The notes under the pieces were generated by a model, which was given only the letters and a program-made list of their open reading frames with translations, ran no database searches and was not told where the DNA came from. This document shows positions 56,301 to 64,000 of a stretch of 64,000 bases of DNA, piece by piece. Position 1 is the first letter of the stretch. Every line of letters starts with the position of its first letter. Position numbers and translations under genes: made by a program. Location of the stretch: IMG/VR virus record IMGVR_UViG_2974508059_000001, positions 96,001 to 160,000 of that record. One strand, 5' to 3'. Origin of the DNA: a virus. Its lineage: Duplodnaviria > Caudoviricetes.

Positions 56301-57375
56301 CATCTTCGGCTTGGTAGTCCATCAGCGTAGTGGTGGTCAGTAGGGTTACCCCATTCACCGAGAGCTTATCCATGCCGAGTGCGTTGCCTGAAGACTCGAT
56401 ACGCATGACGTTCGAACCCGCGACCCATTCGAAATACGCCACATCGCCTTTATAGCCTGCCCGCAGTGCAATCCCACCCGTGGTGGTCAGGTCAAAGCCG
56501 GTGTCCGTAAAGAGCACGCTGGACGCCCCGTTCTTGGATTTAAAGAGTGGACGGTTGGCCTGTACCAACTGCACAAACGTACCTTGGATGTCTTTAAACG
56601 CCCACGTCTCGATATACTTGTCGATATCGGACTGCTGCAAACCCAGTGCCCGAATCTCTGCGGTTAACTCCCGCAGGGTTTTCCCGTAGGCGAGGAAGGT
56701 ATCCGCCGCTTTCAGGGAAATCGGGTGTGCCCCCATTTGGGTGACATTGGTTCCGTGGGGGTTTTTGGCATTGACGTGTGACGGATAATCGAAGGCTTCA
56801 ATCTCTGTGTGCAGACTTTCGACGGTGACTTTCAGCTGGTCAAGTTTGGCTTTGATTTGATCGTTGGCCGAACCGGCATCGAGTTCCACGTCATGAATCG
56901 CAGACGCCACGTACTTCTTGTTCAGCAGGTCATGCCACGAGGTGGCTGCCGGCATCACGGGATACAAAGAAGGGCGGTTGTCCACATTCAGCCAGCGTGC
57001 ACTGGTTGGGTTGTTCAAATACTTCACTAACGTGTCGAAGGATTCCAACAGTCCGTCGTAATACGTCCCGCCCAAGTGCTGACCGGTGAAAATCAGTGAG
57101 CCCTTGATGGCCGGGTTAATCACGTTAACCCCGCAGAACACCGGACTGGCCACTGAGTCGTCCAGCTCTGTCAGCTGATAAGCCAACTCGTAATCGACGC
57201 CCTGAGTCAGAGGGTTAGAGGCAGTTGCCTGCCTCACGGAAAACCCAGACTGGAAGAACGGACGGTGCTGGAGTACCAGCACACGTTCCGAGGCGATGTC
57301 CGATTCGAGAATACGCTCCTCAGTAAACTGATTGGTCTTGGCGGTGCCTTTCCAATCGTAAGGAATCGCACTCAT
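53341..57375 (-). CDS. large tail fibre/virion structural protein
   Basis: 1344 aa; YDWKGTAKTN, PFF, QGVDY, HVNAKNPH, KADIGLGDADNTADVDKP, HKH. Confidence 0.8.
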   Translation of the reverse strand: MSAIPYDWKGTAKTNQFTEERILESDIASERVLVLQHRPFFQSGFSVRQATASNPLTQGVDYELAYQLTELDDSVASPVFCGVNVINPAIKGSLIFTGQHLGGTYYDGLLESFDTLVKYLNNPTSARWLNVDNRPSLYPVMPAATSWHDLLNKKYVASAIHDVELDAGSANDQIKAKLDQLKVTVESLHTEIEAFDYPSHVNAKNPHGTNVTQMGAHPISLKAADTFLAYGKTLRELTAEIRALGLQQSDIDKYIETWAFKDIQGTFVQLVQANRPLFKSKNGASSVLFTDTGFDLTTTGGIALRAGYKGDVAYFEWVAGSNVMRIESSGNALGMDKLSVNGVTLLTTTTLMDYQAEDDGGGTDPDDSKLYVQSETQGLTPSGKGSKADPVKWNVTLPDATTTTDGAVTLVTAKSDVATGQAVTPGAVAAYDTTLGQFVPKATRLNSVAMDDGARVLSKADIGLGDADNTADVDKPLSGDLQTALAGKSDKGHKHAWASLNIPNATEADLGVIRIAPTEASLADGRGVAPNVLYQLQLQLAAVAENLKGANPKAVTDYAVIGGATWSVASSKLALSVQDLKYFYMANGGRKEGRVTGSVNLETTPMFNWYQPTNVIERNWAKGVLHNTQLALTSSATTLPLYARTIGLSASQQGDLSIISVLAKERVACSSGRLRVIASAGGNISVYINGTLVTSGAPTVDGVFDVDTASPVHTVALRADCNDSTKPAALAFEIWDNNYPIVASSPDTKLAQLSEFINPRNNRHFVYLNMSTNSLFGRAEPIASNDISITQTYVGYVDCGPAGMTTTTVEFDTVADFGQFQEMGTHQNLIPAHVPESSDWYLSDNPGMKRLPIASDKPDYIVAGVAGTANLAASVLTLKPTVDGTGPLTMWMDTRYSGPQQWMTPANPYENNLLTYEGSLALYIPIRRVLGNTQLDLWLTFAQKARNGQHKFFHINVFTNEAEYGYMPELPVNAANSANRAAPAVTPFDVHPYDMSLVEATDPSVWGEEVKETGASRYIVRYRYVPKTNTLRVELVRFEDNRSTPIIRKVTYELPFDVRDCMNGFVGFNRKELASTSQHILHAGIYPSADYHNYSYFRSLFEAYTRANDYAVQGNGRGVVQKLLSGGIPANWAALSGATEFIGLPTAGNAVMPSRSKYSPLVAHPDRILSKQRVGAEITRAKVWSSTANPYRGAAYSRRFALVVEAPADFDALDWTVNANYNFRSYVNGKSVHNNSPQNGAVASSRLTPTVTGFAGDLLYIEFVPLAIASPFFLESTLIFKSGAQTVGTIDFNDDAAVVVMEDTAPTLFLCKYHPFNLTTAMWDWVTGIMRTEEGVSTDLGVWN

Positions 57376-57385
57376 TTAGTTCTCC

Positions 57386-60300
57386 TTAATCACGAAGCAC
57401 CACGCCGGTGTATCGTTTATTCACTTTGTCGGTGTAAAGGATGAGGTCAGCCGTGGAGATGAAGCGCGGAATGCCACTGTAGTGCGTGTCGGTGTTTGCT
57501 TTCACAATCGCCGTTCGCAGTTGGGTGTCAGTCATGGCCAGCATCTCGGTGGTCAGCACGCCTTCAATGTACCGTGCACGTTCCAGACCCGAGAAGTTTT
57601 CTACAAAAGAAACGAGGGTGTTGTAAACGTTGTTGTCCGACATTGCAGCCGGGGCGTCAACGCGACAACGGAACAGGCCACTAAAGCTCCCACCAACGCC
57701 GTAGTGACGTTTTAGGTTAACATTGGTAGCTTCGGCTAAGGTAATGCCTGCGGCGCTGAGACGGCTGTTCAGGTCGATTGTCTGCGTACCCATGGTGAGC
57801 ACACCGGTAGCGAGGTTTAAGGTCACCACCGCACTCGACGGTAACGACACCGTAAAGCGCAACGTCGCCGCATCCGCAAAGACTGCGACCGTGGCAAGCA
57901 GGCTGGCCCACGTGTTGGCATTGTTCACCGGGTAGTCAGACGCCCCGATGATAATCTGCTTGGGACTGCCGTAGTTAATGGCAAACCCTAAGTGGCACAG
58001 ATTACCGTTGACATCCGAGATGTAGTTCGAGCGACTCACCAACACCGAGAACCGGTTAAAGTTCCCGCGACTGTCAGTGAAGCCCAGCCCCATCACCTCG
58101 AACAGGGTGTCATCGTTTCCGGTGACATCGGTTGGGGTAAACGTGACGGACGCATCCTGCATCGCGTAGTAGGGGGTAATGCACTGCATGATAAGGTGGT
58201 CAGCAGCGTTGACACCGCCCGCACTGAAGACCAGACCCTCGTAGGCGGCGTTTAACGCACCCCAGCGCACGTTCTCACGGCTACGCCACCCATCCACACC
58301 ACGTGCCCGCCAATCGGCGTCACGACGCAGTGAACCCTTCATTCCGCCTACCCACTCTTCACCTTTGTTGTTAAAGGTAAAGCCGAACTCCGCCTGTGTC
58401 ATGGCCCGGTGACTATGGTCGTTTTTCGACGCCGCATGTTCGACCAGTTCACGGAACTCACCCAACCGCGTAACGTTGCTGATGGTTGAATCCAACACAC
58501 TGCTGTCATCCGTGGTAAAGCTGCCAATCTCCGTCAGCGTTGCCGACTCAGGAAGCTTGGTCAAACTCACCCGGTACAACCCGGCATTGTTCACAACGTC
58601 CACGTACACAAAGAACGTTTTGTTGCTGGGTGAAGACGTCAGCTGGGTCAGGTTAAAACTCCCCAGAGGCACATCGTAGCGCAGACGCACGAAATAGGTG
58701 TTGGCTTTGATGCTCACCATCCAACCCGATGCAGTTAACGCATTCGGAATGGCGGTTGCACCCGGGGTACCGTAACGGATGATGTCAATCACGGCACCGG
58801 AGTCAACACTGCCTGCGGTGGTGGCCAGAGTGTCGGTACGGGTCACCAACGGGGTCACGGCAGCAGCATCAAGTGCGGCCGTGTTATCGTCAACCAGCTT
58901 ACCGGTTTTCACCAACCCTTTAACCTTGTCCGTTCCCGCCACAATACCGAGCTGCGCCGGTGTGTGGGTATGGGTCGTGTCAGCGTACTTATCCAACTCC
59001 GTCTGCTGCGCGGTGGAAACCGGCAACAGGGTATCCGGGGTGTTGGACACGGCACTCAGGTTAAAGGTGAGCTTGTCGATGGTCACAGACGAGGAGAGCG
59101 CCATACCGTTGATATTGGCTTTGGCTAACAACAACTTACCGGTGAACAGGGCATCGAGCTTACTGAGCAGCGCCGGGGTCGCCAGCAAGTCATCGCTGGT
59201 ACCGAAGTCCACGGTCAGTTTACGCAGTGCCGAGGTATCCCGGTTCGCGTTGCTCGGTGCTTGCCACTGCACCTTAAACGGCACGGTTTGAATCCCGTTA
59301 CCGTTAATGGTAAAGGTCGCGGTATTCTCGCCGTAAAACAGCCCATCCCCACTGCCTGTGACGCCCGGCAAATACGGAATCACGGTCGTCGGGTCAAGCA
59401 GAGGCTTACCTTTCCACTGCAACTTACGGCTGTCGCTGTACAACACCAGTTCGTTGGTACCCGCTTTTGCCGAGGCATTTTGGGTGGTCACATGCCGTTG
59501 GAAGGTTTTTGACAGAAGACGAATCATCTTGTCATCAACGGTACCAATGGTTTCCACACCGGCCGTTTCATTGGCAGCCGACGTTGATGTGATTTGACCC
59601 AAGCCCGGTTGCAGGGTGAACGCCCCCGGTACCGGAGTGTTGTTCCCGATACGCAGAATGCGGTTGTTCAGATCCGTTGCTTTTGGTAACAGGTTATTGA
59701 TGTACACGGCCAGTGCCGCTTGTGTGCGACCAAACGCCAAGGCCGAGTCAAAGGCAATGTCGTTTAACGGCAGTGCACCAATTGAACCCGGGGTATCTTC
59801 GTGCGGGTCGTTCGTGTCCCCCACGTGGTCGTGTGCCGGCGCACCACGGTACAACTCGTTGACAATCTCGGCGTAGTCTTTCAGTAATGCTAAGACCGGC
59901 GCGTTATCATCTGCGCTATACCCGTATCCCGGGAAGTCATTAAACGAGAACGTATCGTTAACGCCGACATCGAACTGCAAACGCAAATCAGTTGTGCGGT
60001 CACTGAGTTTCGAACGGACATTAAACAACGTCCATTCCGCAGAAACCGACGCCGGTGGGTTTTGGATATCCACCGTGTAGTTAAGAACAGTTTGCCCTTC
60101 CTGCGTCACAACCACCGACACTGTGTCGTGCGTCTTGCTGTTAATGACGGTAACCGTAAAGGGCTTGTTAAAGATAGCCAAGCCCTTCCCTGCTGCCGCA
60201 ATTGGGTAATAGGTATACGTGTTGTCACCGGCGTAGAGCGCCAGTTTCAAATCACCATCCATGTACCGCAGATGCAGACCAGCAAAGCCACTGCCCCAAT

Positions 60301-61048
60301 AATTGCGCAAAAGCATCGCAAAAATAGGCGGGGTCACTTGACTATACAACGACTTCAGATTGAAATTAACAATCAGCCGGTAATCGCCCATCCCGTTTGA
60401 ATTATACCCGGTAATGGTATAAAACGGCCCGGTGGGTTTCTTCTTAACCAAATAACTGAGGTCGTTCTGGTAAACCACTTCGCCACGACTGAAAAAACCT
60501 TCGTGGTTGGTTGTGGGTACAGACGAGGTGGTGTAGGGGTCAGGCAGGGCGGGTTTTTCGGCAATCTTCTTACCGATGGCCGCGATGGCCTGCATCAGTT
60601 CTAACTCACCTTGCCAGTTGGCTTTGTCGAATTGGATATCGACCGGGGGGAAATAGACTTCACCAATCACTTCTTCCCACTGGCAATCAACCGGGTACTT
60701 GTCGGCGTTTGCCTGACGTTCCGCTGCGATTTGTGCTGGGGTGGCGATACCACTACCAACTGCATGGTAGTCCACGGCAAAGTTATTGACGTAGTCTTCG
60801 TTGGTTATCCAGATGCTGGCATGGATGTTTCTGCCGGTGCGTTGGATGCCGGTCATGAAGCGATGCCCAAACACGTAGTCACGACCGAATTTCAGTGTTT
60901 TACCGTTAGAGGTAACCACGACAGAGCCGGTGTAAAAAGGGGCGTTTGCAGGAATGAGCACTCGGTACTTCGAACCGATAGGCGTTACCGCCTCTTGGGG
61001 AATGAGATTCCCGCTTTCTTTCTGATGTGGGTCAAAGACGACTGCCAT
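57386..61048 (-). CDS. large tail fibre/virion structural protein
   Basis: 1220 aa; APFY..G.DY, HVGDTNDPH..IGA, NTPD..LPVS, HTHT; GAGGAG SD. Confidence 0.8.
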   Translation of the reverse strand: MAVVFDPHQKESGNLIPQEAVTPIGSKYRVLIPANAPFYTGSVVVTSNGKTLKFGRDYVFGHRFMTGIQRTGRNIHASIWITNEDYVNNFAVDYHAVGSGIATPAQIAAERQANADKYPVDCQWEEVIGEVYFPPVDIQFDKANWQGELELMQAIAAIGKKIAEKPALPDPYTTSSVPTTNHEGFFSRGEVVYQNDLSYLVKKKPTGPFYTITGYNSNGMGDYRLIVNFNLKSLYSQVTPPIFAMLLRNYWGSGFAGLHLRYMDGDLKLALYAGDNTYTYYPIAAAGKGLAIFNKPFTVTVINSKTHDTVSVVVTQEGQTVLNYTVDIQNPPASVSAEWTLFNVRSKLSDRTTDLRLQFDVGVNDTFSFNDFPGYGYSADDNAPVLALLKDYAEIVNELYRGAPAHDHVGDTNDPHEDTPGSIGALPLNDIAFDSALAFGRTQAALAVYINNLLPKATDLNNRILRIGNNTPVPGAFTLQPGLGQITSTSAANETAGVETIGTVDDKMIRLLSKTFQRHVTTQNASAKAGTNELVLYSDSRKLQWKGKPLLDPTTVIPYLPGVTGSGDGLFYGENTATFTINGNGIQTVPFKVQWQAPSNANRDTSALRKLTVDFGTSDDLLATPALLSKLDALFTGKLLLAKANINGMALSSSVTIDKLTFNLSAVSNTPDTLLPVSTAQQTELDKYADTTHTHTPAQLGIVAGTDKVKGLVKTGKLVDDNTAALDAAAVTPLVTRTDTLATTAGSVDSGAVIDIIRYGTPGATAIPNALTASGWMVSIKANTYFVRLRYDVPLGSFNLTQLTSSPSNKTFFVYVDVVNNAGLYRVSLTKLPESATLTEIGSFTTDDSSVLDSTISNVTRLGEFRELVEHAASKNDHSHRAMTQAEFGFTFNNKGEEWVGGMKGSLRRDADWRARGVDGWRSRENVRWGALNAAYEGLVFSAGGVNAADHLIMQCITPYYAMQDASVTFTPTDVTGNDDTLFEVMGLGFTDSRGNFNRFSVLVSRSNYISDVNGNLCHLGFAINYGSPKQIIIGASDYPVNNANTWASLLATVAVFADAATLRFTVSLPSSAVVTLNLATGVLTMGTQTIDLNSRLSAAGITLAEATNVNLKRHYGVGGSFSGLFRCRVDAPAAMSDNNVYNTLVSFVENFSGLERARYIEGVLTTEMLAMTDTQLRTAIVKANTDTHYSGIPRFISTADLILYTDKVNKRYTGVVLRD

Positions 61049-61080
61049 TATACACTCCTCTTATCACAAGGTCGTCGAGT

Positions 61081-61091
61081 TCATACTATGA
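61081..61091. promoter_or_regulatory. palindromic TCATA-C-TATGA, putative bidirectional late (TATG) promoter
   Basis: Sits in the 68-bp gap between divergent structural genes and gives TATG on both strands. Confidence 0.45.
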
Positions 61092-61116
61092 CCTTTACCC
61101 TTAGAGGAATTCGCCT

Positions 61117-62373
61117 GTGGCCGCTGTATATCAAGTGCAGGCTGACCGTGCGTACGGCTTTAATCGTTCTACCCGCAGATGGGAAGCCGTCGACGTTTCA
61201 CGCCCGCTCAATCAACTGGTGAGCGACTACCAAACCTTCGAAGTGGGTCTGGAGTCATTAGATCGCCAATACACGTTCTTCAGCCAGTACCATCTGGCTG
61301 CATTACAAAACCGAACTGACACCCTGCAAGACTGGTTGAACGAACAAGCCGGTGTTGCGATTCCGACGCTGAAAGAGGGCTACCCGGTTCTCGAGTATAA
61401 CTTCGCGCATTACCAATCCCTGTTCTGTGACTTCCAACCACAGCCGCACTTATGTCCGCCGGGGTATCACTTCACGCAGGACTTTGCCTTAGAAGATGCC
61501 ACCGATGTAGTGCTGGAGCTGCCGGACGAATACAAAGACCAGTATCGTCACAATGTGCTGTTTAATGTGGCAGGGCAATGGGTCTCGCACCAGAACGACA
61601 GTGTGGGGGTAAGACTTAACGGTGCGGGTCGGATTGTGCAGAAATGCCACGAACCGGGCATGGGCTGTTTGGTATTAAACGATGTGGGGGAGTTGCGTAC
61701 CTATCCACTGAGTGGCTTAACGGTCACGCGATTGGATGAGACCCGCGACTTCTACAGTCGACTGATGGTGTCGCTGCCAGAAGACCTGACGGGGAAAACG
61801 GTGGCGTACGTTATCGGGGGGATTTTGCATTGGCTGCCTGCGTCCATGTACTTCAGCCAAAAGGCGGTGATGTTATCACTCTCGAACCTGAGCGTGTTAA
61901 AGCTGATTCATGAAACCCGGGAGTATTACCACTGGGATGACATCGGTGTGGATGACTTGTCAGTACCGAGCTCCACCTACCGTATCCTGAACTCCTCAAC
62001 CCTGCAAGCGTTGCTTAAACACGAGTCCTCCTTTATGGTGGTGATTGACACCCCGTATCTGGAGATTGATGAAGTGGCACTCAACCTTGCCAGTTCTTAC
62101 GGCCGGTTCCATTTACGTGACCCGAATGACATTGACAGTAAACTTCCGCTAGGAATGATTGTCAACGATTTCGGTAAGTGCGTAAACTACTGGCCAACGT
62201 GGGAAGAGGGGGAGTGGACGTTTCACACCCAAGAGCTGGACCGTCCGAATCTGGTGGCGTCTCATGCCCGTTGGAAGCAGCAGTCTGTGGTGAACGATGC
62301 CCAGCCGATTGCAACGGAACGTGCGTGGCGAGACACCCAAGTCTGGATGCGTCGACTCAAGGCACGCAAATAA
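61117..62373 (+). CDS. putative virion structural protein
   Basis: 418 aa, GAGGA SD, GTG start, divergent from the fibre operon; function inferred from context only. Confidence 0.65.
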   Translation: MAAVYQVQADRAYGFNRSTRRWEAVDVSRPLNQLVSDYQTFEVGLESLDRQYTFFSQYHLAALQNRTDTLQDWLNEQAGVAIPTLKEGYPVLEYNFAHYQSLFCDFQPQPHLCPPGYHFTQDFALEDATDVVLELPDEYKDQYRHNVLFNVAGQWVSHQNDSVGVRLNGAGRIVQKCHEPGMGCLVLNDVGELRTYPLSGLTVTRLDETRDFYSRLMVSLPEDLTGKTVAYVIGGILHWLPASMYFSQKAVMLSLSNLSVLKLIHETREYYHWDDIGVDDLSVPSSTYRILNSSTLQALLKHESSFMVVIDTPYLEIDEVALNLASSYGRFHLRDPNDIDSKLPLGMIVNDFGKCVNYWPTWEEGEWTFHTQELDRPNLVASHARWKQQSVVNDAQPIATERAWRDTQVWMRRLKARK

Positions 62374-62409
62374 AAGAAAAAGCGCCCCACCCCTCGGAGG
62401 GTGGAGCTG
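62372..62409 (-). terminator. Rho-independent terminator (minus strand)
   Basis: GCTCCACCC-TCCGA-GGGTGGGGC plus GCTTTTTCTTTT. Confidence 0.7.
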
Positions 62410-62500
62410 TCCAATGGACAAAGTCGATACTCGTAACTGAACGCGTGTTATAGGGGGTAGGTCTAATTGGCGTCATCCAATGCAACTCATATCCCCACAT
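62372..62500 (-). ncRNA. candidate small structured RNA
   Basis: AAAAATTAC-N15-TATG motif at 62498-62525, own terminator, internal hairpins, no credible ORF. Confidence 0.3.
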
Positions 62501-62529
62501 AAAGACTCAAGTGTACGTAATTTTTGAGA

Positions 62530-62571
62530 CAAACAAAAGAAGGGTACCCCACTCCCGAAGGAGTGGGGACC
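62530..62571 (-). terminator. Rho-independent terminator
   Basis: CCCCACTCC-TTCG-GGAGTGGGG plus TACCCTTCTTTTGTTT. Confidence 0.8.
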
Positions 62572-62577
62572 TTTTAC

Positions 62578-63138
62578 TTATTTGGTATCTTGCTCTGAAT
62601 CCAGTGTAGTCTCTGGGGCTGCACCGGTATTCTGCTGTGGAGCAGTACCTTTTTCAACGTCGGCATCCTGCGCAACCGGATCAGGCTCTACAGCATGATG
62701 CTCGGTTTTACCCGCAGTTGGATCGGCACCTGTTGACGCTTGGTTAGCACGTGCGATGTCAGACTTGGCATTCGGGTCAATGTTGTCATTGCCCGGGAAC
62801 ACGGTCTGCGCGGTGTCACGTTCAACTAACGCTTCGCCACGGTTAACGTTTTCCATGCCCGCCACTTCTTCGCGTCGTAACGCGATAGCTGCGGCTGCGT
62901 CTTCCTTTGTCGCGTGTTCGTACTTTTTGGCACGGTCACGACGATACAGGATGGCTTCGCCAGCGATACGGTCTTTGCCGGTGTAACCGACAATTGCGTA
63001 TGCCTCAGCGCCGTTGTCTTCTGCCTGTTTCGCAAGCAGGTTCTCAACGCCGTCTGGGCTATCCGCTGCAGCCTGAACACGGTGGTACTCTTTCCACTCG
63101 TCCAGTTTAACGTCATCAGGTGATTTGAATACTTCCAT
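62578..63138 (-). CDS. DUF1471 (YdgH/BhsA/McbA-like) domain protein with acidic disordered tail
   Basis: SPDGVENLLAKQAEDNGAEAYAIVG......GEAILYR; GGAGG SD; no signal peptide. Confidence 0.7.
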   Translation of the reverse strand: MEVFKSPDDVKLDEWKEYHRVQAAADSPDGVENLLAKQAEDNGAEAYAIVGYTGKDRIAGEAILYRRDRAKKYEHATKEDAAAAIALRREEVAGMENVNRGEALVERDTAQTVFPGNDNIDPNAKSDIARANQASTGADPTAGKTEHHAVEPDPVAQDADVEKGTAPQQNTGAAPETTLDSEQDTK

Positions 63139-63202
63139 TTCGTCCTCCAGAACGTTTAGTTGAAAAACAACTTTCCCCGCCCAGAACGAGCGGGGTTAAG
63201 TT

Positions 63203-63436
63203 TTACTCAGATACAGCGTCTGAGTGTTTGTAGATGATGGCAGAACCGTGCTGCTTGTTGTTGCCGCCAGCAGAGATGACTTTGAAAGCGTCAGCACCTT
63301 TTTCTTCGGCCTTGCGAGACAGGGCTTCAGTAACTTCATCCAGCGTGCTTAAGCCAGAAACCGACACGTGGCCGATTTCTTCGTATTCTGCTGGAATGGT
63401 CTCAGATGATTGAAACTCTTTCATTTTACTCTCCAT
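63203..63436 (-). CDS. DUF1471 (YdgH/BhsA/McbA-like) protein
   Basis: IGHVSVSGLSTLDEVTEALSRKAEEKGADAFKVISAGGNNKQHGSAIIYK; no signal peptide; start may be the second Met (63424). Confidence 0.85.
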   Translation of the reverse strand: MESKMKEFQSSETIPAEYEEIGHVSVSGLSTLDEVTEALSRKAEEKGADAFKVISAGGNNKQHGSAIIYKHSDAVSE

Positions 63437-63495
63437 TATTGGTTGAACTACAGTGGGTAGCTAACATATCCTACATACAAATGCTCAGACCCTGT

Positions 63496-63533
63496 AAAAA
63501 AGAAGAGTCCCTACCCCGTAAGAGGTAGGGACG
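63496..63533 (-). terminator. Rho-independent terminator
   Basis: GTCCCTACC..GGTAGGGAC plus TCTTCTTTTTT on the minus strand. Confidence 0.75.
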
Positions 63534-63651
63534 CCTGCAATCTTTTTTTGCTGAAAAAAGTGGCTTTGCAAGCGACGGGTTGTGTGTAGTGCTACAAGTG
63601 TAGCCATCGACAGTATCGTCACAATACAGAGACCATCTGTATTTTTGTAGT

Positions 63652-63810
63652 CTATTGAACCATCGGCATTTCGCACGCACGAATCTGTCGCATAAGCTGC
63701 CAGTAACGTGTTGGGTTCTTTAATGCAATTTCAATACCCCGACGGGTACGGTGTGGCAGTTGCTTACACAACTTATCGACACGGGCCTTGTGTAGCGCCT
63801 TGGCGTCCAT
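63652..63810 (-). CDS. 52-aa basic hypothetical protein (not in ORF track)
   Basis: GGAGA SD; MDAKALHKARVDKLCKQLPHRTRRGIEIALKNPTRYWQLMRQIRACEMPMVQ. Confidence 0.55.
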   Translation of the reverse strand: MDAKALHKARVDKLCKQLPHRTRRGIEIALKNPTRYWQLMRQIRACEMPMVQ

Positions 63811-63827
63811 GAGCTGTTCTCCAGAGG

Positions 63828-64000
63828 TTAATGTGGTAGTCCGACATCATTACCGTCGCCCTGCTCTTTGTGCGAGTGTTTCGAGAACGTAATGTTTGCG
63901 ATGATGGCTTCGCTGACCGTAAACGTACCAACACCGGTACCTTTACCGCCGTACTTGAAGTCTTCGGTGACTTCGAGTGGGCCTTTGAACATCGACATCT
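63828..64000 (-). CDS. C-terminal fragment of a baseplate central spike (gpV-like), truncated by the window edge
   Basis: ...FTVSEAIIANITFSKHSHKEQGDGNDVGLPH*: HxH metal-binding apex motif of P2 gpV-type spikes. Confidence 0.65.
   Translation of the reverse strand, partial: MSMFKGPLEVTEDFKYGGKGTGVGTFTVSEAIIANITFSKHSHKEQGDGNDVGLPH

Noticed and set aside
1-64000. tRNA, rRNA, integrase/att sites, IS elements, introns or inteins
   Set aside because: None was recognisable by eye. tRNAscan-SE and Infernal would be needed to exclude them formally.

Overview
This window is a 64 kb segment of a jumbo myovirus genome. It is most consistent with a phiKZ/SPN3US-related (Chimalliviridae-type) phage of Erwinia/Pantoea-like enterobacteria. 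That assignment is an inference from the AmsF/WceF homolog, the solitary HslU, the paralogous virion-protein arrays and the TATG-type promoters; no database search was run. 1-23.4 kb (+ strand) holds small early/middle genes: GNAT acetyltransferases, thymidylate kinase, an XRE HTH protein, an HNH endonuclease, Dam methylase, a QueC-like PP-loop protein, HslU and many hypotheticals. 23.6-38.6 kb (+) holds an AmsF/WceF-like EPS-modifying beta-helix protein and 13 paralogous virion proteins, including a duplicated 3-gene cassette. 38.6-41.4 kb is a lysis-related region: GH108 endolysin, an unannotated 37-aa membrane peptide, DUF1353 and a lipoprotein. 41.5-61 kb (- strand) is the tail-fibre module. 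The most striking element lies inside it (41468-46858): a tightly coupled operon of two (Cys-x-x-x)21-23 repeat peptides, a truncated third paralog, two radical SAM enzymes (one with a SPASM domain), two unknown proteins and a tail-fibre-assembly-like protein. This looks like a phage-encoded RiPP-like maturation system that may chemically modify tail-fibre tip peptides. The right end has two signal-less DUF1471 proteins, a candidate small RNA and the C-terminus of a central spike protein. No tRNA, rRNA or CRISPR array was seen.
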